From: a virus
Length of the DNA stretch: 64,000 bases
Virus record (IMG/VR): IMGVR_UViG_3300032893_000018
Span: 1 to 64,000 of that record
Direction: 5' to 3' (one strand)
In this document: piece by piece, positions 57,177 through 64,000 of the stretch
Numbering within the stretch: the stretch's first letter is position 1
How the letters are laid out: the number at the start of each line of letters is the position of its first letter
Program-made: the position numbers and the translations under genes
The notes under the pieces: generated by a model
The model's database searches: none
Seen by the model: the letters and a program-made list of their open reading frames with translations, nothing else
Told to the model about the DNA's origin: nothing

Positions 57177-57835
57177 CGAACCAGCAGCTGAACCGCGGGC
57201 AGATCGCCATGGTCGCCCGCGCCGCGCACGAGGCGAATCGCGCCTACTGCCTGTGGATGGGCGACGAGACGGTGAAGCCGTGGGAGACCGCCGGCGATCA
57301 GCAGCACGAGTCGGCCATGCGAGGCGTGGAGGGCGTGCTCTCCGGCACGACGCCAGAGAAGAACCACGAGTCGTGGCTCGACTTCAAGCGGCGCCAGGGC
57401 TGGACGTGGGGCCCCGAGAAGGACGAGGCCGCGAAGAAGCATCCGTGCATGGTGCCGTACGACGAGCTGCCGCCCGAGCAGAAGCTGAAGGACGCGATGT
57501 TCATCGGCGTCGTGTCGGCGTGCGTGGCGGCGGCGTTCGGCGACGCGCACCTGTGGGTTGTGCCGTACGAGCGGCAGGAGCCCGAGCCGACGCTGGACGC
57601 GATGCGCCGCGAGCGCGACTCGCTCAAGGTGGCGAACGACGAGCTCGGGTCGCTGCTGGCGGTGCGCGGTGCGCAGCTCGACTCGCTCACCGTCCAGCTG
57701 ACGGGGACGCTGAAGAAGCTCGACGATGCGCTCGCGCAGCTCGACGCGAAGCCCGACAGCGAGGAGAAGGTGCCGACGTCGCCGAGCGGCGACCCGCCCC
57801 CGGCTCCACCGACGGAAGCGCCCCCCGCGCCCTGA
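57173..57835 (+). CDS. RyR-domain phage protein
   Basis: AHEANRAYC, HESWL, GWTWGPEKD..KKHPCMVPYDELP..QKLKD. Confidence 0.8.
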   Translation: MTNQQLNRGQIAMVARAAHEANRAYCLWMGDETVKPWETAGDQQHESAMRGVEGVLSGTTPEKNHESWLDFKRRQGWTWGPEKDEAAKKHPCMVPYDELPPEQKLKDAMFIGVVSACVAAAFGDAHLWVVPYERQEPEPTLDAMRRERDSLKVANDELGSLLAVRGAQLDSLTVQLTGTLKKLDDALAQLDAKPDSEEKVPTSPSGDPPPAPPTEAPPAP

Positions 57836-58025
57836 CCGCTTGCGCGACGCCGGGTCGGTCGGCTACTAATCAGGGGTGTAGCCGACCTCGGCTCACCGGC
57901 CCCGATCCCGCGCGCCACCCTCGCGGTCACAAATCACGGTGGACTCCAAGGAGGCAGGTTGAGCGCGGGAAGGCAAAGCGCCCCGCGAAGCGGACGCGCC
58001 CGCAACCCCTGAAGGAGTCCACCGC

Positions 58026-59420
58026 ATGTCTCAGCAACTCGTCGTAGGCATCCCGCCTGCGGTCCTCAAGCTCCAGCAGGAAGGTCTGCTCGAGCGTTCG
58101 TTCCACGACGGCCTGTTCCCGGCTCTCCTCTTCCGCGGCGAAGCGGAGGTCGACACGTGGCCCGAGCACGCCGGCACCGAGATGCTCTTCACGCGGCCCG
58201 GCCTGATGGCGCCCGTGACGGAGCCGATCGCGCCCGGCACGGACCCGCAGAGCCAGACGGTGCCCTACGAGCAGTGGGTCGCGCAGCTCGTGCGGTACGC
58301 GAACAGCATCGACACGCACATCCCGACGTCGGTCACGGCGAACGGCGATCTGTTCCTCCGCAACATCCACCAGCTCGGCCTGAACGCCGGGCAGTCGGTG
58401 AACCGCATCGTGCGCAACGCGCTCTTCGTCCCGTACCTCTCGGGGTCGACGAACATGATCGCGGCGGGCGGCAGCACGGACGACACGATCCGCGTCGCCG
58501 CGCTGAACGGCTTCACGGACGTCGTGCTGACGGCGAACGTGCGACCGGTGCCGGTGAGCTCGTCCTCGCCGCTGCCGATCACGATCAAGAACTCGGGCGG
58601 CGACATCGCGGTGAACGTCGTCGGTTTCGAGGCGGACGACCCGACCGATCCGAACGGCCCGGGCACGCTCTTCCTCGACGCCGCGCTCGGCGCGACCGTG
58701 GCGATCCGCACGCCGGTGCTCTCGGCGAACCGGCCGATCATCATCCGCGCGGGCGGCGGCTTCTCGGTCGACGCGATCAGCTCGTCCGACGTGCTGCAGC
58801 TGCAGGACATCATCAACGCGGTCCAGAAGCTGCGTAAGCAGAACGTGATGCCCCACGAGGACGGGTTCTTCCACGACCACGTCCCGACGGAGGGCGAGGC
58901 CCAGCTGTTCACCGACCAGGTCGTGCAGCGCCTCAACACGTCCCGCCCCGACGACGTCTACTACCAGGAGGCGTTCATCGGGACGATGGCCGGGTGCGTG
59001 CACTACTCGAACAACGAGTGCCCGGACTCGGACAACAGCGGCACGCTCGTGTCGACGGGCACGAGCTCGTTCTACTCGCGCGGCATCGGCGCGGAGACGA
59101 TCAACGCGGCCGGCGTGCGCATCGGTCGCCTGATCATCACGGGCCGCGGCGTCCTCCAGGAGCGGTGGATGGACGAGAACAAGTACCTCACCGAGGCCGG
59201 CGTCACCGGCAAGGTCGGGGACTTCCAGATCGTCAACATGGGCATCCAGGTCGACACCGACCGCGTGCAGCTCAAGCTGCGCGCGCCGCTGAACAAGCTC
59301 ATGGACGAGGTGAGCGCGACGTGGGCGGCGACGACGTCGTTCGCCGCGCCGACCGACATCGCGTCGGGGGGCCCTCAGAGATATAAGAGGGCCATCTGCG
59401 TGGAATTCGCAATCGAATGA
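58026..59420 (+). CDS. Major capsid protein
   Basis: 464 aa after the scaffold gene; strong AAGGAG RBS, very biased codons, structured leader. Confidence 0.75.
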   Translation: MSQQLVVGIPPAVLKLQQEGLLERSFHDGLFPALLFRGEAEVDTWPEHAGTEMLFTRPGLMAPVTEPIAPGTDPQSQTVPYEQWVAQLVRYANSIDTHIPTSVTANGDLFLRNIHQLGLNAGQSVNRIVRNALFVPYLSGSTNMIAAGGSTDDTIRVAALNGFTDVVLTANVRPVPVSSSSPLPITIKNSGGDIAVNVVGFEADDPTDPNGPGTLFLDAALGATVAIRTPVLSANRPIIIRAGGGFSVDAISSSDVLQLQDIINAVQKLRKQNVMPHEDGFFHDHVPTEGEAQLFTDQVVQRLNTSRPDDVYYQEAFIGTMAGCVHYSNNECPDSDNSGTLVSTGTSSFYSRGIGAETINAAGVRIGRLIITGRGVLQERWMDENKYLTEAGVTGKVGDFQIVNMGIQVDTDRVQLKLRAPLNKLMDEVSATWAATTSFAAPTDIASGGPQRYKRAICVEFAIE

Positions 59421-59480
59421 TTCCGAGCACTTAGCTCGCCGCTTAAACCGCGGCGGGCCGAGTGCGGCATCATTCGGGGC

Positions 59481-60275
59481 GTGAAGCGCTGCACGATCTG
59501 CACTCGCGAGCATCACCGCAAAGACGGTCGGTGCTCCGAGTGCAGTCGCGCACGCAAGCGCGGCGAGCTCTACGGCCGCGCGATCGAGTGGGGGATGCGC
59601 GCCGCGACGGGTCTTCGAGCGTGCACGCACTGCGGGGCGATGAAGGACGTCGACGCCTTCAAGTGGCAGAAGCGGAAGCTCGGCAGGCATCGAACGTCTT
59701 GGTGCAGGGCGTGCCTCAACGAGCGCGCGAACGAGTCGATGAAGGTGCTCTGGCACTCGCCCGAGCGGAGGGCCTTGCGCGGGTTGCAGCGGGGGATGCG
59801 GTGGCTTTGCAGGCCGAAGCCGTTGACTCCGAACGAACGCGCGGCCAATTGGCGGAATGCGAACCGGGAGCGTTACCGAGAGATCACGCGGTCGTTTTGG
59901 CGCACGCCGAAGGGCAAAGCCTGGATCCGGAATAACCGGGACAAGTTGAGCGCAGCCCGCAAGCGCTTCGCCAGGACGCCGCACGGCCGCGAGGCGATCC
60001 GCCTGCAGGCGCAGAAGCGGCGGGTGCTCATCGCGCGGGCGGTGTGCACGCTCACGCGGGCCGAGTGGGAGGCGATCGTCGAGCGGCACCGCCACTGCTG
60101 CGCGTACTGCGGGAAGAAGCTCGTCGGCGCCGACCTGACGATGGACCACGTCGTGCCGATCTCGAAGGGCGGGCACCACACGGCGGCGAACGTCGTGCCC
60201 GCATGCGGCTCGTGCAACTCGAGGAAGCACGCGCTGGGCCTGGAGGACTTCCTCGCGCGCCTCCGGTCGTCGTAG
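59481..60275 (+). CDS. HNH homing endonuclease
   Basis: CAYCG..LTMDHVVPISKGGHHT..NVVPACGSCNSRK. Confidence 0.92.
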   Translation: MKRCTICTREHHRKDGRCSECSRARKRGELYGRAIEWGMRAATGLRACTHCGAMKDVDAFKWQKRKLGRHRTSWCRACLNERANESMKVLWHSPERRALRGLQRGMRWLCRPKPLTPNERAANWRNANRERYREITRSFWRTPKGKAWIRNNRDKLSAARKRFARTPHGREAIRLQAQKRRVLIARAVCTLTRAEWEAIVERHRHCCAYCGKKLVGADLTMDHVVPISKGGHHTAANVVPACGSCNSRKHALGLEDFLARLRSS

Positions 60276-60303
60276 TACCCTCCCGCCTGGAGGACCGAAA
60301 ACC

Positions 60304-60681
60304 ATGCGACACAACAGGCAGCAACGAACGCACGCGCCCGCCGCGCCGACCGCCAAGCAGGGTGGCACGACCGTGACCACGCTCGGCACCGGGCCGATCC
60401 CGAACGTCGACCCGCAGCTGATCGACCATTCCGGCAAGATCGGCGGCGACGCGACGGCGCACAACCCGCCACCGCCCGACGAGCCCGTGCCGCCGCCCGA
60501 GCAGTACGTCGTGCTCGTGGACAAGATGGCGACGGTGAACGGCTTCCGCACGATGATGCGGCGGGGCAAGGTCGTCGACCGCGCGAACTACGACGTGAAG
60601 TCGCTCGCCGCGCAGGGCGTGCGCATGAAGAAGCTCGCCGCGGGCGAGGAGCCGGGCGACGTTCTGCTCGAGACCGGCTGA
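60304..60681 (+). CDS. Hypothetical virion-associated protein
   Basis: GGAGG RBS. Confidence 0.55.
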   Translation: MRHNRQQRTHAPAAPTAKQGGTTVTTLGTGPIPNVDPQLIDHSGKIGGDATAHNPPPPDEPVPPPEQYVVLVDKMATVNGFRTMMRRGKVVDRANYDVKSLAAQGVRMKKLAAGEEPGDVLLETG

Positions 60682-60693
60682 AAGGAGTAGCCG

Positions 60694-61104
60694 GTGTCCG
60701 TCCCCGCGCCTCTCACGGACGACGAGAAGAGCCGCGTCCGGTACCACATGGGCTACCCGGAGGTGCGGGCGGCGGCGACGTTCGCGCTCGGCATGCCGGC
60801 GACGGTCGAGACGGCGTTCCTGATCGAGCTCGCGCTGAACCAGCTGACGGACCAGGGTCGGGCGCGGTGCAGGTACATCCTCTCCGTGCTCGATTCGCTC
60901 GACGCGCAGATGGTCGATAACGCGGAAAACCTCGCGGCGGAGGCGGTGGGCGACATCAAGATCAATCTGCGCGAGCAGAAGCACCTGAACTACAAGTACG
61001 ACCGGTGGGTCGCGTCGCTCTCGAACCTGCTCACCGTGCCGCGCAATCCCTTCGACCAGCGGCTCACGCAGTCGGGCGGGATCAACGTCGGCGTGATGGG
61101 GTGA
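60694..61104 (+). CDS. Head-tail adaptor-like protein
   Basis: LTDDEKSRVRYHMGY, AVGDIKIN; position after the capsid gene. Confidence 0.6.
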   Translation: MSVPAPLTDDEKSRVRYHMGYPEVRAAATFALGMPATVETAFLIELALNQLTDQGRARCRYILSVLDSLDAQMVDNAENLAAEAVGDIKINLREQKHLNYKYDRWVASLSNLLTVPRNPFDQRLTQSGGINVGVMG

Positions 61105-61108
61105 GCCG

Positions 61109-61327
61109 GTGGCCCGCAAGTACGTCATTGCGACCGACCACCCGAGCGGGGATCTGATCTTCCCGGCGACGCAACGGTTCGACACTCGCGAGGAGGCAGA
61201 AGCGGAGCTCTCCACGCACACCGCGGAGTTCAGGGCAACGCACCGGATCGTGGAGGGTGACGAGGCGCCGGATGGCGTCCTCGACTTTGAGGGGTACCGC
61301 AGGCGTCGGCCAGGGGATCCGGTCTGA
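61109..61327 (+). CDS. Small hypothetical protein
   Basis: Fills the gap; TGATG coupling. Confidence 0.45.
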   Translation: MARKYVIATDHPSGDLIFPATQRFDTREEAEAELSTHTAEFRATHRIVEGDEAPDGVLDFEGYRRRRPGDPV

Positions 61328-61965
61328 TGCCCGTCCCGAAGCCGCTGCCGTCCGGCCCGGTCGCGCGCACGAAGCTCGCCCACAAGCTCGCGCGCCGCGC
61401 CGATCGCATCCGGCAGATCGCGACGAAGTTCGGCGCGATGCCGTACCGCGTCTTCCTGACGTGGGAGCGGTGGTCGGGCGGCAGGGTCGGCGCGGGCGAC
61501 CCGGCCATCTACCGGCGCATCGAGCTCCTGCCGACGCCGCGCGTGGCCGACATGACGGCGATCACGCTGCGAACGACGCCGGTCGGGACGTTCCCCGAGG
61601 GGAGCCTGCGCGTCGACCGCGTGAGCTGCTTCGCGTACACGGAGGACGTCCTGCGCGGGCTCGCGATCCCGCCCGCCGCGCCGAACGAGCAGCCGCAGCT
61701 GCCGCCGATGATCGACCAGCGCGGGCCGGGCGCCGACGAGCGGTTCGGGCCGTCGATGGACTTCTACTACGAGGTGGTCGAAGACGGTCGCGGCGACGAC
61801 CCCGCCTATCGGAAGCGGTTCCGCATCATGGCGGGGCCGTGGAGGAACGCGACGGGCGTCGAGTGGGCGGTGGTGGTGCAGCGCGCGTCGCAGGACGACG
61901 ACCGCCGCGGACAGCCCGTCACGCCGGAGCAGGACGCGGCGCTCGCGCGGTTCTTCGGGCGGTGA
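61327..61965 (+). CDS. Head-closure/neck-like protein
   Basis: Position and beta-rich pattern. Confidence 0.5.
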   Translation: MPVPKPLPSGPVARTKLAHKLARRADRIRQIATKFGAMPYRVFLTWERWSGGRVGAGDPAIYRRIELLPTPRVADMTAITLRTTPVGTFPEGSLRVDRVSCFAYTEDVLRGLAIPPAAPNEQPQLPPMIDQRGPGADERFGPSMDFYYEVVEDGRGDDPAYRKRFRIMAGPWRNATGVEWAVVVQRASQDDDRRGQPVTPEQDAALARFFGR

Positions 61966-62217
61966 CCGCGGCGGCATGATCGGATCGATGGCCGATTGCT
62001 TGGTTTGCGCTGAGGCGAAACCCCTCAAGATTTGTGAGAAGTGCGGGTTGCAGATGGCCATCAGCATCTTGCAAAACGCGGTGCTGGACGATGGGCAGCA
62101 GCAGGAAGTGCTGAAGACCGCCGTCAAACGCGCGCTCGTACTGCTGGAAGCATTGGGTTGAGTGCGGCATGACCTCCGAACGTGGGCCATCTTGACCCAC
62201 CCAACAGGAGGCACGAC

Positions 62218-62892
62218 ATGACCAGGCAACCCAAGAAGGAATCGATCGACCGGGCGAAGGCGCTCATCACGGGCGGCGGGGAGGAGCGGGTGTCGCTCAA
62301 GGCGCCCGACCTGCGGGTGGCGACCTTCCACATCGTCGGCACCGCGCCGTACGTTCAGAACAAGTTTTCGAACAAGGCGCGCGAGATGATGAAGCAGACC
62401 CAGATGATGGGGTCGCAGGCGAAGACCCGGAAGGTGCGCGAGCCGAAGGACTTCGACGCCGTGTACCGGGGCGCGATGCACCTCACCGAGGACGGTAAGT
62501 ACGGGATCCCGGCGAACGCCTTCAGGTCGGCCTTGATCTCGGTGTGCCGCCTCATCGGGTTCAAGATGGTGCTCGCGAAGCTGTCGGTGTTCGTGCTGCC
62601 CGACGGGTTCGACGCGGACGATGGCACGCCGCTCGTGTTCATCAACGGCGAGCCGGTGGCGCACGAGACGGTCGGCAGGAACGACAACGGCAGCGCCGAC
62701 ATCCGCGTGCGCCCGATGTGGCGAGAGTGGTCGGCCGACGTGCGCGTGCGGTTCGATGCGGACCAGTTCTCGCACAAGGACGTCGCGAACCTGCTGATGC
62801 GCGTCGGCATGCAGGCGGGCGTCGGCGAGGGGCGGCCCGACTCGAAGAACAGCGGCGGCATCGGCTGGGGCACGTTCGAGTTGGAGGGCTGA
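62218..62892 (+). CDS. Stand-alone Cas7/RAMP-like RRM protein (224 aa)
   Basis: TFHIVGTAPYVQN (beta1-G-P), YGIPANAFRSAL, RPMWREW...VRFD, Gly-rich loop GVGEGRP..GGIGWGTFEL; AGGAGG RBS. Confidence 0.75.
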   Translation: MTRQPKKESIDRAKALITGGGEERVSLKAPDLRVATFHIVGTAPYVQNKFSNKAREMMKQTQMMGSQAKTRKVREPKDFDAVYRGAMHLTEDGKYGIPANAFRSALISVCRLIGFKMVLAKLSVFVLPDGFDADDGTPLVFINGEPVAHETVGRNDNGSADIRVRPMWREWSADVRVRFDADQFSHKDVANLLMRVGMQAGVGEGRPDSKNSGGIGWGTFELEG

Positions 62893-62895
62893 GCG

Positions 62896-63339
62896 ATGGC
62901 CGAGATTACCGACAAGGTCATCGACAGGCTCGAGGCGCTGAGGAAGAAGGGAGGTGGCGTCCTCACGCCCGAGGCCGTGCTCGCCGACGCGAAGGCGAAG
63001 GCGAGCCCGCTCCACGCGCACTTCGACTGGGACGACACGGTAGCGGCGCACCGCTACCGGCTGATCCAGGCGGGGCAGCTCATCGTGCGCGTGAAGGTCA
63101 CCATCGAGCCGCGGACGCAGCGCGACGTGCAGGTCGACGTGCAGATGTACGAGCAGACCGGGCAGGAGCAGGGCGAACGCGTGTACCGGCACATCGCCGA
63201 CATCGCGACGAACGAGGAGTACTACGCCGAGCTGCTCGACTCGGCGAAGAAGGAGCTGCAGGCATTCCAAAGGAGGTATCAATCGCTCAAGGAGCTGCGG
63301 GCGCTCTTCGAGCAGATCGAGAAGTTGTTCGCGGCCTGA
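62896..63339 (+). CDS. Helical partner protein of the RAMP-like gene (147 aa)
   Basis: LTPEAVLADA..SPLHAHFDWDDTVAAHRYRLIQAGQLI; starts 3 bp after the RAMP stop. Confidence 0.75.
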   Translation: MAEITDKVIDRLEALRKKGGGVLTPEAVLADAKAKASPLHAHFDWDDTVAAHRYRLIQAGQLIVRVKVTIEPRTQRDVQVDVQMYEQTGQEQGERVYRHIADIATNEEYYAELLDSAKKELQAFQRRYQSLKELRALFEQIEKLFAA

Positions 63340-63342
63340 CCA

Positions 63343-63670
63343 CGCAGGCGCCGCATCTCTTCGCTCCGCGCCACAACACGGTCCTCCTCACCGCTCCGCA
63401 ACGCAGGCTACGCCACGCCCCGCTTCACGCAACCCCGCCGCACCAGCCATCGCAGGCTACGCACCGTTCCGCCGCGCTACGCCCCGCCCGTACTCCGCCG
63501 CCCACTTCATCGCAGGCTCCGCTCCGCTCCGCCACGCGTGTCAGCACAACGCACCGCCACGCTCATCAGCTCACCGCAGGCCTCGCTCGTCTCTCCGGTC
63601 CTGGCACGGCTCATCTGTGCTTCGCAGGCATCGCCACGCACCGTCACGCATCGCATCGGCCGGCAACGCT
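63343..63670 (+). ncRNA. Pentamer-periodic array of six CGCAGGC-headed units; putative guide RNA array
   Basis: Heads at 63343, 63402, 63451, 63511, 63575, 63623. Each unit is CGCA plus n x (triplet + NN), with triplets mostly CGC/CAC/CTC. Confidence 0.75.
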
Positions 63671-63686
63671 GGTTATCATCTGAACG

Positions 63687-64000
63687 GTGAAGGTCGACCT
63701 CCGGGACGCCGGGCGCGCGCTCGCGCAGCTCGGCATCGGCATGAACCGAGCCGCTGAGCGCGGGCTCCTCTCCGCGGCGATCCGCGGCGTGCAGATCATC
63801 CAAAGCCAGATCATCCCGTCGAAGGTCCCGCAGCCGGTCGACCGCGGGCTCTACCGCGCCGGGTGGAAGTGGGGGCCGGTGCCCGGCGGCGGCGAGCTGT
63901 GGAACTCGGAGCCGCACGCGCCGCTGATCGAGTTCGGCGTGCGCGCCGGGAACATCAAGGTCGGGCGCAAGATGATCGACGCGCTCACCGAGTGGGCGAT
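63687..64000 (+). CDS. HK97 gp10-like neck/tail-completion protein (3' end outside window)
   Basis: PVDRGLYRAGW...NSEPHAPLIEFG motif. Confidence 0.65.
   Translation, partial: MKVDLRDAGRALAQLGIGMNRAAERGLLSAAIRGVQIIQSQIIPSKVPQPVDRGLYRAGWKWGPVPGGGELWNSEPHAPLIEFGVRAGNIKVGRKMIDALTEWA

Noticed and set aside
57927-63282. Very long minus-strand ORFs (880 aa and 1076 aa) and similar ones elsewhere
   Set aside because: They are Arg/Ala/His-rich antisense shadows of GC3-biased genes with no motifs, unlike the antisense ORF in the intein.
63343-63670. Array as a CRISPR array or simple microsatellite
   Set aside because: Only a 7-bp constant head and no palindromic repeat. Variation is concentrated in phased dinucleotides rather than copy-number slippage.
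62544-63683. 379-aa ORF running through the pentamer array
   Set aside because: It is an off-frame shadow of the two real genes. The array's 5-nt period does not fit codon structure.
1-64000. tRNA, rRNA, integrase or att sites
   Set aside because: None recognised by eye. tRNAscan-SE would be needed to exclude tRNAs.

Overview
The window is a continuous stretch of a high-GC tailed dsDNA phage genome, with no integrase or host housekeeping genes. A myxobacterial host is inferred from the Cys-rich sigma-r4 HTH protein at 10535. In order it carries: a collagen-like tail fibre and virion proteins; a 2OG-Fe(II) oxygenase plus GT2-methyltransferase pair; holin-like and small accessory genes; a replication/recombination module (intein-split SF2 helicase, DnaB, primase, sigma factor, PolB, RecA, Mre11/Rad50, RuvC); a compact Cas12m-like effector with a 17-repeat CRISPR array; ParB, DinG and MT-A70; then terminase, amidase, portal, MuF-like protein with intein, scaffold, major capsid, HNH and neck genes. 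The top finding is a cassette inserted among the neck genes (62218-63670). It has a stand-alone Cas7/RAMP-like gene, a helical partner gene and a non-coding array of six CGCAGGC-headed units with 5-nt periodicity (fixed triplet, mostly CGC, plus a variable dinucleotide). This is a candidate non-CRISPR RNA-guided system with a gapped guide code. Other highlights: compensatory stem swaps among three CRISPR repeat types; an ORF inserted inside the array; one 17-bp palindrome upstream of both RNA-guided effector genes; an intein whose endonuclease is encoded antisense; and a 25-bp inverted repeat bounding a possibly invertible cassette. All family calls come from motif recognition by eye, with no database searches.
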